The translations under genes and the position numbers were made by a program. Below the pieces are notes generated by a model. It was not told the DNA's origin. It ran no database searches and worked only from the letters and a program-made list of their open reading frames with translations. Of a DNA stretch of 64,000 nt, positions 19,330 through 29,801 are shown piece after piece. Source of the stretch: Limnothrix sp. BL-A-16 (GTDB taxonomy: Bacteria > Cyanobacteriota > Cyanobacteriia > CACIAM-69d); contig CP166615.1 of the NCBI GenBank assembly GCA_041937175.2, positions 2,080,001 to 2,144,000 of the forward strand, read 5' to 3'. Numbering within the stretch: the first letter of the stretch is position 1; each line of letters begins with the position of its first letter.

Positions 19330-21293
19330 TCAACTTCCTCCCTCGTTGGCCGGGGCCCCAAGCGTGAACCGATCGAACGGTTGAGCGGGTTGCTCCGGCT
19401 TTCTGATGTCAAAGGCATAGCTGGTGACCGTTCCGGCGGCCGTGTCCAAAATGCTGAAGGCGGTGATTTCGTTGCTGGCCAAGTAGGGCTGGGGGGTTTG
19501 ATCCAGGGGATCAATCAAAGGCGCGATCGAGGGCACAATCGGGGGCAATCCATTGGGATCCCCGATTGCCACGTAGTCCGATCGCTCAAATCCGCTGCCC
19601 TCCGCTGGAATGCCCGATCGCCCCCGATCGCCCCAGGCTGCCCCATAGCTATTGCCCACGTTAGAAGTTTCCAAGTAATGGGTGCGGCCACGGTGGAATC
19701 GATTCCACAGGTGCGAGTGGCCATACAACACCAAGTCCACCCCCGCCGATTCCAGCAGGGGGGACAAGTATTGGGCAATGACATCTCGATCGCGCGGATA
19801 GGCATATTTCACCGCCGTCACCTGGCCCAGGTCATCCCGCTCGATCGTCTGGATTGGATCCGTAAACGGCGGCACGCTGTTATCCCCCAAGGTATGGGGC
19901 GGGTGGTGAAACATAACCACGCGATACTTGGCTTGGCGAAACGGCTCGCCGGCCAATTCCGCCTGGAGCCATTGAAATTGCGGACTCCCCGGGGCGATCG
20001 ACTCAAAAATATGCTGACCCCAACCCCAATCGATCGGACTGTGGGGCTGGCCTTCGTGGAAGCGGCCGCCAAACTTTGCTGTCAAAATGGGCGATCGCCA
20101 AGCTTGGGTCACGTTCAACACCACCAATCGCAGATCCCCAAAGCTGACGGCGTAATAATTGCCCTCGCTCCGATCGTTGGTTGGCAGCGTCCAAATTTCT
20201 TCGTAGGTGCGCGTGTTGAAGGATTGATCCACCAAGGCGGCCTGGCTGATTGCTTCCCCCGGTGTTTCCCCCAGCGTTTCCCTTGGAACCTCGCCGGAAG
20301 CCGGATCTAAATCGCTCGCCCACCGTTGCGCGACCCAGCGCGGCACCGTGTCATAAAATTCCCGGTTGAGATCTCGGCCCGCCCCACCCGCCCCATCACC
20401 TCATGGTTGCCTAGGGCCGGGAACAGGGGAGCCTCCTGCAAAATGGCCCCGCCTTGGTAGGTATGACCTTGGAGCGATCGATTGGCTCGTCCTTGCAAAC
20501 AGGGAAAAAACGCCCCACCGCCCGCATCGTCAAACCATTCCGAAGCGCGATCGGGCACATTCACCAAATCCCCCGCAAACAACACCCCATCCACCCGACC
20601 CACCGTGGCCAACACCTGTTGCAAATTGGCCGCCACCATCGGTTTCAATTGGTGATCCGAAGTCAACAGCAGTTGCAGCGGTTGGCCCGGCTGCGGTTGG
20701 GGCGACAGGCGAAACACCCCGCTACTAACGGTGTGATCGCCCCCTTGACTCGTCACCCGATAGGGAACCGACTGACCCGGCAGCAACCCTGAAACGATCG
20801 CCTCATGTCGCCAAATGGGCCGCTCCCAAACCTTCACCCCCTCCGGTTGCTGGGCTGCCACTCGCTCCGGTAGTCGCGATTGGCCGTCTTCGCGGGTGCG
20901 GGTCAGGCGGCGGGTTTGGGCCAAGGCTTGCCGATCGAGCCGATCGCCCCAATCCACCCAATGGCGATCGCCCGGCCATTCCGTGAACCAAACCACATGC
21001 ACCGAGTCCGGCCCCGGCAACTGCAAAAACGGATCCGTCAAAAGCTCCATAGCATCCCCCTCGGATAACTGGGCCGACCACTGGGAAAGCGGGTGCAGGG
21101 CTGCGGATCCCGCAGCGGGCGGCATTTCCAGCGCCAACATCCCCCCGATCGCCAGCAACACCAACAGCAGCAGCCCCCAAACGCCGCCACCTCGCGCCAT
21201 TTTCGGGAGTTGCCGGATCCGTTGCCACCGGCCAAGCTCCCGAGCGCGATCGCTCAACCACCGTCCCCTTGGTCGCCCCATCGCCCTAGGCAA
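19330..21293 (-). pseudogene. Purple-acid-phosphatase-like metallophosphoesterase split by a frameshift
   Basis: Upstream ORF has SDHQ, GDLV, GNHE; downstream frame has FHHPPH and GHSHLW; frames switch at ~20370-20390; start uncertain. Confidence 0.8.
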
Positions 21294-21753
21294 ACAAATC
21301 TAAGGGTAAATGGCCATACATCGCATTGAGTTCCTCATCTACCTGGGACTGACAGGACACCAAAACCCCTCGATTTTCACCCTGGTAGGGTTCCGCATAA
21401 AACAACAGGGAGTTGGTGTTGCACTTGATATAAATCGGCTGTTCCGGATTGGCCACCCCCCGCTGTTCCGGCTCCGGCGGCACTTCGCGACCTAAACCGA
21501 CCCCATAGGCCCGCACGGCCGCCAACCCTTGGGCGATCGAATCCGCACAAACCCCAAAAATCACGCAGTCCGCCTCATGAACCACCGTCCGCAGGGCCGA
21601 TCGAATAATCGCCTGCTGGCTCTCCAAGAGGGTAGGCGCTTCTTCCAAACAGTTAAACACCGCCAAAACCTTTTGGGCTTCCAGCAACGACAGGGGAGCC
21701 GTTCCCGCCCCATTAGCCCCTAACGCATCCGATCGACGAGTTGAGTTGTCCAT
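21286..21753 (-). CDS. DUF1824 family protein
   Basis: FGVCADS...IYIKCNT....YAEPY.GE.RGVLVSCQ...MYGHLPLDLF. Confidence 0.8.
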   Translation of the reverse strand: MDNSTRRSDALGANGAGTAPLSLLEAQKVLAVFNCLEEAPTLLESQQAIIRSALRTVVHEADCVIFGVCADSIAQGLAAVRAYGVGLGREVPPEPEQRGVANPEQPIYIKCNTNSLLFYAEPYQGENRGVLVSCQSQVDEELNAMYGHLPLDLFA

Positions 21754-22167
21754 AGCAATCCAGAGTTTCCCTTGTCCACAAACTTCACCGCAAACTTCAC
21801 CGCAAGCAATCAAGACTGCAAGCAATCCGGGATTCGATCCGCTTAAAGTTGCCCAAAAATGACCCAACCTGTAAACGAAGCCGCCCGATCGCTCTCTGAT
21901 GGTTGCTCCCCCCCATCTGTCGCAATCCATTCCGGGATCCCAAATCGTAGCGTAGGGCCGGAAACCAACTAGAGCCAATCTTGATCAAAATTCTGGCCAA
22001 TTCTCATCCCCATTTCCATCTTGCCCCACCCAGCTAGCAACAACCCGATGGAGAATTTCACCGAAACCTCCACTGAGAAATAGAGCATTAGCGTGATTTT
22101 TCAATTCTGATTCCGGAAATGTGACGGTTAAAAATCCGGCAACAATCAATGGGTTTTCCTGGCACAA

Positions 22168-22181
22168 GTAACAAGAGATAC
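22168..22181. promoter_or_regulatory. Possible NtcA-binding box
   Basis: GTA-acaagaga-TAC (GTA-N8-TAC) in AT-rich intergenic DNA; no well-spaced -10 seen. Confidence 0.35.
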
Positions 22182-22472
22182 ATATCCCTTGAATATCCCC
22201 TGAAGCACCAAAGAATCTCTAAAATACGAAAAATTCAAGTTAAAACAGCATTTTTCCGCATCAGCAATCAAAAGCGCCTGATTACTCGATGAATCAAATC
22301 ATACCAAGCACAATCGTGGTCAGTGGCTATCAAGGGTGATGCACAGCGCGATCGAACAGAGCAGTTCGGCAGGACAATTCGACAGGGCAAAAAAATTTTT
22401 TAGAAAAGCTGGAACTTTTTCCCCTTTCAAGGCAACAATATAGGCAAGAGTAGTGGAGAGATGTGTCACCGC

Positions 22473-22518
22473 TGCGGAGACCTGGCAGATTCGTCTGCCG
22501 GATCTCTGCATTTTTTTT
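22473..22518 (+). terminator. Strong intrinsic terminator without an evident upstream gene
   Basis: TGCGGAGA-CCTGGCAGA-ttcg-TCTGCCGG-A-TCTCTGCA followed by T8. Confidence 0.7.
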
Positions 22519-22566
22519 GGGAATTTTTTGAGCCGCTACCCGCTCCCACTGTCGTTACGAAGTGAC

Positions 22567-22914
22567 CCAAAAGAAAAGGGTACAAGCCCCGTCCTTCTAG
22601 GGCGGCTTTGGTTGCTAGAATGAGAATGGTTGAAATCCCCACCTCATCTTGCAGCGATATACCAGCCGTTGGGCTGTGAAACCGGGACTCGGACAGCGAG
22701 AGGGAAAGAATCTGAGGGCAACGGAGAAGCCGACCCGAAGACACCCAATTTAGTCGCGGGCGGGCAGTCCGAGACTCAAAACGGACGTGGAGGGAGCGTC
22801 AGACTGGCTTGCCAGCAGCACCCTATGAAGCGTCAACCCGTGGTCTAGTCGAGCAACTTCGGTTGTTTGCCTAGGGCCGGAATCCCCGCTCCTTTAGGAC
22901 GGGGAGGATGTCAA
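22567..22914 (+). mobile_element. Internally deleted IS200/IS605-family element (tnpB 3' relic with both ends; PATE-like)
   Basis: Left-end hairpin CAAGCCCCGTCCTTCTAGGGCGGCTTT; TnpB-like tail NLVAGGQSETQNGRGG; right-end hairpin GAATCCCCGCTCCTTTAGGACGGGGAGGATGTCAA ending TCAA; left boundary approximate. Confidence 0.8.
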
Positions 22915-22932
22915 CGCATGAGGGTTTCAGCC

Positions 22933-23355
22933 ATGGAAAGTCGTCCGCCCCTGCCGCCGTTTACCCACGAAACCGCGATCGCCAAAGTGCAAGCCGCCGA
23001 AGATGCTTGGAACACCCGCGACCCGGAGCGCGTATCGCTGGCTTACACGGAAGATTCGGTTTGGCGCAATCGATCGGAATTTTTTTCAGGGCGGGACAAA
23101 ATTCGTGAGTTCCTGACCCGCAAGTGGAATCATGAGCTGGACTATCGGCTCAAGAAAGAACTCTGGAGCTTCACCGATCACCGCATCTCCGTGAAGTTCG
23201 AGTATGAGTACCACACGGATTCGGGGCAGTGGTATCGCGCCTATGGCAACGAGCAATGGGAATTCGCGCCCAATGGCCTAATGCAGCGCCGGGAAGCCAG
23301 CATTAATGATGTGCCGATCGCCGAGGTCGATCGCAAGTTCCGCTGGGAACGGTAG
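22933..23355 (+). CDS. DUF1348 / SnoaL-NTF2-like protein
   Basis: [32 protein letters not shown]...[12 protein letters not shown]. Confidence 0.9.
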   Translation: MESRPPLPPFTHETAIAKVQAAEDAWNTRDPERVSLAYTEDSVWRNRSEFFSGRDKIREFLTRKWNHELDYRLKKELWSFTDHRISVKFEYEYHTDSGQWYRAYGNEQWEFAPNGLMQRREASINDVPIAEVDRKFRWER

Positions 23356-23371
23356 CCCGAGCACCGGAACC

Positions 23372-23563
23372 ATGAAACTGCACGCCGACCTCCACCCGCA
23401 CATTGTGATTGACATCAAACTTACCTGGATGGATTCGCCCATGCCGGGAATGCAACGACGGAGGCTCGATCGCGATGGGAAAGAAGCGGCCCGGGGCACC
23501 TCGATCATCCGTTACGGCCCCGACAGCCGCCTTGCCAGCCACACCCACGGCGGCTCGGCATGA
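23372..23563 (+). pseudogene. Truncated ChrR-like cupin
   Basis: W.DSPMPG.QRRRLDRDG.E.AR.TSI.RY.P.S....H.HGG then premature TGA. Confidence 0.75.
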
Positions 23564-23590
23564 TTGATCGATGGGCGATTCACCTCGATC

Positions 23591-23616
23591 GAGGGCGCAC
23601 ATTGGTGCGCCCGTAC
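23591..23616. repeat. REP-like palindrome related to 2224-2251
   Basis: GGGCGCAC-attg-GTGCGCCC-GTAC. Confidence 0.7.
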
Positions 23617-23639
23617 AAGCGATGACCCGGGTTTAGGGA

Positions 23640-24875
23640 TTAGGCCTTGAAGGTTTCGACGATCCGGCGGGTGGCTTCTTCCACGTTGGCCCGGCTGTTG
23701 AAAGCCGAAATGCGGAAATAGCCTTCGCCCGCTGCGCCGAAGCCCGAACCCGGCGTGCCCACCACATTGCAGGTGTGCAGCAACTTATCAAAGAAATCCC
23801 AGCTCGACAGGCCGTGCGGCGTTTTCACCCACACATAGGGCGCGTTGATGCCGCCGTAGACCGCCAAACCCGCTTCGGTCAGCTTCTCGCGGATGATTTG
23901 GGCGTTTTCGAGATAGAAGCTCACCAGGGCCTTGGTTTGGGCTTGACCCTCCGGCGAGTAGACCGCCTCGGCCCCGCGCTGGACGATGTAGGACACGCCG
24001 TTAAACTTGGTAGATTGGCGACGGTTCCAGAGGCTCCACAGATCCACGCCCGTGCCGTCGGTGGTTTGGCCCTTCAGAGTTTTGGGCACGACGGTCAAGG
24101 CGCAACGGGTTCCGGTGAAGCCCGCATTTTTGGAGAAGGAACGGAACTCGATCGCGCAGTCGCGGGCCCCTTCAATTTCAAAAATCGAGTGGGGGATTGC
24201 CGGATCGGTGATGAAGGCTTCGTAGGCGGCATCGAAGAAGATGATCGAGCCGTGGCTGCGGGCGTAATCGACCCAGGCTTGCAGGTGCTCGCGGGTGGCG
24301 ACGGATCCGGTGGGGTTGTTGGGGAAGCAGAGATAGATCAGATCGACTTTTTCGCTGGGGATTTGGGCGGTGAAGTCGTTTTCAGCGGAAATCGGCAGGT
24401 AAACCAAGCCGCCGTATTCACCCCGATCGTTCGCGTCGCCCGTGTGGCCGGCCATCACGTTGGTGTCCACATAAACTGGGTAGACCGGATCGGTGACGGC
24501 GATCGTGTTGTCGTTGCCGAAGATGTCCAGAATGTTGCCGCAGTCGCATTTGGAACCATCGGAGATGAAAATTTCCGAGGCATCAATATCACAGCCGCGT
24601 GCTTGGAAATCGTGCTGGGCGATCGCCTCGCGCAGCCAAGCGTAGCCCTGTTCGGGGCCGTAGCCCTTGAAGCTGCCCCGATCGCCCATGTCGTTGACCG
24701 CATTGATCATGGCGGTGCGGCAGGCTTCCGGCAGCGGCTCGGTCACGTCACCGATGCCCAGGCGGATAATCGGCGCATCGGGATGTTCGGCGGCGAAGGC
24801 ATTCACCCGGCGGGCGATTTCGGGAAACAGATAACCGGCTTTGAGCTTTAGGTAGTTGTCGTTAATTCTGGCCAT
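23640..24875 (-). CDS. dapL: LL-diaminopimelate aminotransferase
   Basis: [40 protein letters not shown] (PLP lysine). Confidence 0.95.
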   Translation of the reverse strand: MARINDNYLKLKAGYLFPEIARRVNAFAAEHPDAPIIRLGIGDVTEPLPEACRTAMINAVNDMGDRGSFKGYGPEQGYAWLREAIAQHDFQARGCDIDASEIFISDGSKCDCGNILDIFGNDNTIAVTDPVYPVYVDTNVMAGHTGDANDRGEYGGLVYLPISAENDFTAQIPSEKVDLIYLCFPNNPTGSVATREHLQAWVDYARSHGSIIFFDAAYEAFITDPAIPHSIFEIEGARDCAIEFRSFSKNAGFTGTRCALTVVPKTLKGQTTDGTGVDLWSLWNRRQSTKFNGVSYIVQRGAEAVYSPEGQAQTKALVSFYLENAQIIREKLTEAGLAVYGGINAPYVWVKTPHGLSSWDFFDKLLHTCNVVGTPGSGFGAAGEGYFRISAFNSRANVEEATRRIVETFKA

Positions 24876-24943
24876 GGTTGCCCCTGGGGGTTGCGATCGG
24901 GAATGTTCACCACTCACTCACCCGGTTCACTGACCCAACCAAC

Positions 24944-25025
24944 CCAGACAAGGGGCTTAAGCCCCTTGCCCCGCCGCGATCAACCAGCCAGACAAGGGGC
25001 TTGAGCACCTTGCCCCGCCGCGATC
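24944..25025. repeat. Two tandem copies of CCAGACAAGGGGCTT..GC.CCTTGCCCCGCCGCGATC
   Basis: Same palindromic family as 3851, 3931, 7305 and 48685. Confidence 0.85.
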
Positions 25026-25194
25026 GCGCGTCACAGGTTTGATGGGGTGAACGTTTCCCGAGTTGGAGTGTCTAACCAGCCTACGGCCCTGGCGGGATCT
25101 TCTGGCGATTCGGGGGGAAAATTCCGCCGAACTCCCGCCCCATAAGCAAAGCGCTACAATGCCAAGGGTTTTGATCAACAGGCGCGGGCGATCG

Positions 25195-26043
25195 ATGGCG
25201 GGACAAGCGGCACAGTGGCGTGAGTTGGATGGCGCTTGGGTTCTGATTCCAGCGAATCCATTGGGAGTTATTCATTTCTTGGGCGGGGCCTTCGTGGGGG
25301 CCGCGCCGCAGTTCACCTACCGTTGGCTGCTGGAGCGGCTGGCCAATCGCGGCTATGGGACGATCGCCACGCCCTTTGTGAATTCTGGGTTTGACCATGA
25401 GGCGATCGCGGAAGATGCGCTGATTCGGTTCGATCGGGCGATCGATTGGCTCTACCGCCACGGCCAATTGCGGCGGCGATCGATCCCGGTCTATGGCTTG
25501 GGCCACAGCATGGGTTGCAAGCTGCATCTATTGATCGGCAGCATCTTTGAGGTGGAGCGGGCGGGCAATGCGCTGATGGCGTTCAATAACTATTCGGCGC
25601 AACGGGCGATTCCGCTGTTCGATCGCTTCGGCCCCGTGCTGGAGTCGATTAACCGCGCTGTGCCTGGGGCTGTTCCGGCCGATGTGTTTGATAAGCGGTT
25701 GAATGCGGAATTCACCCCCTCACCCACGGAAACGGAGCAACTGATCGCCGCCCAATACGGGATTCGCCGCAATTTGCTCATTCGTTTTGCCACCGACGAT
25801 CTGGATCAATCGGCGCGTTTGGCTCCGATTTTGCAGCGGCGCTTTCCCGGCTGGCTGGCGATCCAAGATTTACCGGGAAATCACCTCACGCCGCTGGGCC
25901 AGGATATTCAGTGGCAAACTCGCGGGGCTTTTAGTCCGTTGGATGCGATCGGGCAGTGGGCCAAGCAGGAATTTTTGTTCCGCGATCTGAACCGTTTAAG
26001 CCAGGAATTGCTACGTTGGCTGAATCCGTTTGAATCGGCCTGA
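25195..26043 (+). CDS. DUF1350 family alpha/beta-hydrolase-like protein
   Basis: IHFLGGAFV.AAP..TYRWLLE, GHSMG nucleophile motif, GNHLTPL. Confidence 0.85.
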   Translation: MAGQAAQWRELDGAWVLIPANPLGVIHFLGGAFVGAAPQFTYRWLLERLANRGYGTIATPFVNSGFDHEAIAEDALIRFDRAIDWLYRHGQLRRRSIPVYGLGHSMGCKLHLLIGSIFEVERAGNALMAFNNYSAQRAIPLFDRFGPVLESINRAVPGAVPADVFDKRLNAEFTPSPTETEQLIAAQYGIRRNLLIRFATDDLDQSARLAPILQRRFPGWLAIQDLPGNHLTPLGQDIQWQTRGAFSPLDAIGQWAKQEFLFRDLNRLSQELLRWLNPFESA

Positions 26044-26155
26044 GTCGGATTGAATCGGTTTAGGATGGGCAGCCGGTTATCCCCGGCCTTGGCATGGGGA
26101 CGGGCTGAGGATGGGCAGCCAGCGATCAATGATCTCCGGCTCAGGCGGCTAGCCG

Positions 26156-26231
26156 GTTGAAAGCTGAAATATTGCAAGTTGAAATATCTGAAAGCTGAAA
26201 TGTTGGAAGCTGCAATGTTGCAAGTTCCAAT
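26156..26231. repeat. Degenerate tandem repeat, ~5 x 15 bp
   Basis: gttgaaagctgaaat / attgcaagttgaaat / atctgaaagctgaaat / gttggaagctgcaat / gttgcaagttccaat. Confidence 0.75.
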
Positions 26232-26449
26232 GAAAAGGATGGCGCTTTGCGTTGGGTGGTTCAGCGGCTTTCGAGGGTGCTTTCGCGCAGTCTGATAGGA
26301 TATGGGTGAAAGCCGCTCCTGAGCTTGTGGCTAGCCCATTGGCTCGGGCCAGCGCAAGGGAAGAGCGAAAGGGACAGGGCCCTTGTTTGGAGCAATTGGC
26401 GGCCCATCGGGGCCCAAGTAAAGGACTCAAGCAAAAGTACGAGAAGTTA

Positions 26450-27118
26450 ATGAGCGATCGGGAGCGGTTGCTGAAACGTTGGATGGTGACGGCCAAGGTG
26501 CGCAGTTGGCGGGCCTTGGCAGATGCCGCACAGGTTTCTATGTATCAGGTGCGATTGTTGCGGCAAGGCAATCTAGATCGCTTGCGCCTCGATGCGATCG
26601 GGCGGATTGCCAAGGCCTTAAACGTCACCCCGATCGATCTGTTGGGCATGGCCAACAATGCCGACAACACCAAGCCCGCCTCCGACCAATCCCCGGCCCA
26701 GCGGTTGGCTCCTGATGTTCATGCGGCCGAGTTGGTGCAGCTTCAGCAGGAATATCACCGGCTGAAAACCCGCCTGGAAAGCGAACGAGAGCAACTGTTG
26801 GCAGAATTCCAGCGATCGAGCTTGCAAATCCTGGAGCCTTGGCTGCTGAATTGGTATAAGGCCGTTGCCGCCGCCCAGCACAATCCCCACATTCCCGCCA
26901 CCAATCTTTTGCCCCTGTTGCGGCCGCTGGATCAGTTGCTGGAGCATTGGGCCGTTGAACAAATCGCCCCGATCGGGGAAGAGGTGGTCTATGACCCCCA
27001 ATGGCATCAATTGGCCTGGGGTCATGCGCAACCGGGCGATCGCGTCAAAGTAACTATGCCCGGTTTTCGTCATCAGGGCCGATTGCTGCATCGGGCCCAG
27101 GTCAGCATCGTGCAGTGA
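26450..27118 (+). CDS. XRE/Cro-type HTH fused to coiled coil and GrpE-like beta domain
   Basis: SWRALADAAQVS..QVRLLRQG HTH; YDPQWHQL.....PGDRVKV..PGF....LLHRAQV GrpE-like C-terminus. Confidence 0.75.
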   Translation: MSDRERLLKRWMVTAKVRSWRALADAAQVSMYQVRLLRQGNLDRLRLDAIGRIAKALNVTPIDLLGMANNADNTKPASDQSPAQRLAPDVHAAELVQLQQEYHRLKTRLESEREQLLAEFQRSSLQILEPWLLNWYKAVAAAQHNPHIPATNLLPLLRPLDQLLEHWAVEQIAPIGEEVVYDPQWHQLAWGHAQPGDRVKVTMPGFRHQGRLLHRAQVSIVQ

Positions 27119-27422
27119 TCCCATCACCGATCGTTGGTTGATCGCAGACTCATTGCAGGTTGATCCCGGGGCTGTTTTGCTCTGAACTAGTGGGCATTTA
27201 GCAATGATCCCAGTACCATTTTTGAGTGACTTCATCGTGACCCCGTGGTGATCCAAAGCACTCCAAATCGTCGCAACTGTCCGCATTACCGACGCTCGAT
27301 CGCGCTCTTGCGGCCTTCTGGTCACTTATCGGAAGCCCTCGGAGGCTGCTTCCAATCAGCGCGAATCTGCGTTAGAGTTTGACTGTCAGGGTGTCAGTCT
27401 TTTGATGTTCGTGCAATGTTTG

Positions 27423-27534
27423 GGATCTCAGCGGCTGAGCAGGTATGCCGATTGTCATAGGCTGGCTAAGAAATGCTGATGAATAATTCACTTAGTGAGC
27501 TTGACAGCCCGCATACCTGCTAGCCTGAGTTTCC
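27423..27534. other. Long imperfect hairpin (candidate structured RNA)
   Basis: AGCAGGTATGC (27438-27448) pairs with GCATACCTGCT (27511-27521); also CTCAG/CTGAG, TGTCA/TGACA, CTAAG/CTTAG. Confidence 0.55.
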
Positions 27535-27879
27535 AGAATCGGGTGCTGCCGTGGAGCTGTTATCGCTCCCGCTCAATCAGCGTCAGTTCCATCCCTTGGC
27601 CTCCAGTTCATGGAACTCTCATTCATTCGCTGTTAACAATGCATACCTTGGGCGATCGCCCCGGGAATTGTCTGTGGTGGTTTACCCGGGCCCAGGGGGC
27701 GGTTGTGGGGAAATGAGTGCAGCCGGATGGTCACGACACCAGCAACGACCGGTGACCCATAGGCGACCGGTAGCCTCTAAATTATCCAGAGGACTCATTG
27801 GGTGGATTGCGATTACTCTCTAATCCCCATCTGCTCTTGGTACAACGACTGACGTGGCAAATTCTGAGGGCGCTCTCGC

Positions 27880-29778
27880 GTGGCTGACTCCCTTCAACCT
27901 TCCTATGGTTCCGTGTCTCCAGGAAATAACCATCGGTTTGAGTCTTTGCTGGCCAATGCCAGTGACATCATCGTCATCCTTGATCAGCAAGGGACGTTTT
28001 GCTACGTTAGCCCTTCGGCCGAGCGGATTTTAGGATATTCCCCCCAAGAGGCCGTTAACCATCACCTCAGCACCTTCGTGCATGAGGACGATGTGCAGGT
28101 GGTGTTGCAAACCCTGTTGCGTTCCCTGGCGGAACCGGGGTTGAGTCAGCCCCCCGTTCGCTACCGTGTGCGCCACCGCAATGGAGACTGGAATTTGCTG
28201 GAGGCGGTCACGACCAATTTGTTGGATGATCCGTCGGTGCGGGGGGTGGTGGTGAACTGCCACGACATCACGGCCCATGAGCAGGCGGAAAGCTGGCTGC
28301 GATATCACGCGCTCTATGACCCATTGACGGCGCTGCCCAATCGGCGGGCTTTGGCGGAGCGGGTGCAGTCATTGATCGATCGAGAGCAGTTGGATTTTGC
28401 GCTGTTGTTGTTGGATGTGGATCGCTTCAAGCTGGTGAACAGCAGCCACGGCCACGGCACGGGCGATCGCCTGTTACAAATGATTGCTCGGCGGCTGGTT
28501 TCAGCCTTGCCTCAGCAGGGGATGGTGGCCCGGTTGGGCGGGGATGAGTTTGTGGTGCTGGCGGAGCAGGTACGGCAGTTGGAAACGGCGGAGGCCGTGA
28601 CCCAGCGGGTTCATGCGGCGCTGAGTGACCCGTTCACGATCGATGAGATGGAAATCTTTGCCAGCGCCAGTGTGGGGGTGGTGTTTAGCCGCACGGGGCC
28701 GGGCAAACCGGCCTATCGCCACGCGGAAGAGCTGCTGCGCGATGCGGATATTGCGATGTATCGGGCCAAGACCCTACGTCAGAGCCACTCGGTGGTGTTT
28801 GATCCCAGTATGCGCGATCGGGCGGTGGCACGCTTGCAACTGGAAAATCAACTTTGGCGGGCGATCGAGCGGGGGGAACTGGAACCCTACTATCAACCGA
28901 TCATTTGCTTGGCAACCGGGGAAGTGAAGGCCTTTGAGGCGCTGATCCGGTGGCATCACCCACAACGGGGCCTGATTTCTCCGGCGGAGTTTGTGCCGAT
29001 CGCGGAAGAAAGCGGGGTGATCAGCCAAATTGGGGAATGGGTGCTGGAAATGACCTGTCGCCACCTGCGCTACTGGAATTCGGGCTTGCGGGCCGGGCGA
29101 CCAACCACCGTGGCGGTGAACCTGTCGGTGCAACAGTTAGCCCAACCCAACTTGGCTCAGCACATGCGATCGATCTGTGTTCGAGAGGAAATTGATCCCA
29201 GTTGGATTGGGTTTGAGATTACCGAAAGCATGATGCTCGATCGCGAAGATACGATCGCCGCCACCTTGGCCGAGTTTCGGGAATTGGGCTTTCGACTCAG
29301 CATCGATGACTTTGGCACGGGCTATTCGTCCCTGAGTCGTTTACATCAACTGCCGATCGATACGCTGAAGATTGATCGCGCCTTTGTGGCCCCGATCGAG
29401 TCCGATGGGCGCAACGTGGCGATCGCCCGCACCATTTTGGCCCTGGCGGAAAGCCTGAATATGAACGTGGTGGCCGAGGGCATTGAAACATCCGCCCAAG
29501 CCCGTGAGCTACGCGCCTTGGGTTGCCAATACGGCCAAGGCTATTGGTTTTCGCCGCCGGTCAGCGGTTCCGGAGTGGCCAGCTTGCTGAATCATCGGTT
29601 CAACCTCGTTGAAGGAATCGCCACGCCCCCCATCTCCCGCCTTGGCACGGCCCCAGATTACCCGGACTATGGCGACTACCGGCAAGATTATTCAGAAGAC
29701 TGCGAAGGCTGTGAAGACTACAGGGACGATTATGCAGAGAATTATTCGGATTATCCGGTGAACTCCCAAGCCCCCTAG
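27880..29778 (+). CDS. PAS-GGDEF-EAL diguanylate cyclase/phosphodiesterase
   Basis: PAS (YVSPS.ERILGY), GGDEF, EALIRW, DDFGTGYSSL; GTG start. Confidence 0.92.
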   Translation: MADSLQPSYGSVSPGNNHRFESLLANASDIIVILDQQGTFCYVSPSAERILGYSPQEAVNHHLSTFVHEDDVQVVLQTLLRSLAEPGLSQPPVRYRVRHRNGDWNLLEAVTTNLLDDPSVRGVVVNCHDITAHEQAESWLRYHALYDPLTALPNRRALAERVQSLIDREQLDFALLLLDVDRFKLVNSSHGHGTGDRLLQMIARRLVSALPQQGMVARLGGDEFVVLAEQVRQLETAEAVTQRVHAALSDPFTIDEMEIFASASVGVVFSRTGPGKPAYRHAEELLRDADIAMYRAKTLRQSHSVVFDPSMRDRAVARLQLENQLWRAIERGELEPYYQPIICLATGEVKAFEALIRWHHPQRGLISPAEFVPIAEESGVISQIGEWVLEMTCRHLRYWNSGLRAGRPTTVAVNLSVQQLAQPNLAQHMRSICVREEIDPSWIGFEITESMMLDREDTIAATLAEFRELGFRLSIDDFGTGYSSLSRLHQLPIDTLKIDRAFVAPIESDGRNVAIARTILALAESLNMNVVAEGIETSAQARELRALGCQYGQGYWFSPPVSGSGVASLLNHRFNLVEGIATPPISRLGTAPDYPDYGDYRQDYSEDCEGCEDYRDDYAENYSDYPVNSQAP

Positions 29779-29801
29779 GCCAACTCTCTAGGCTAAAACC
29801 C

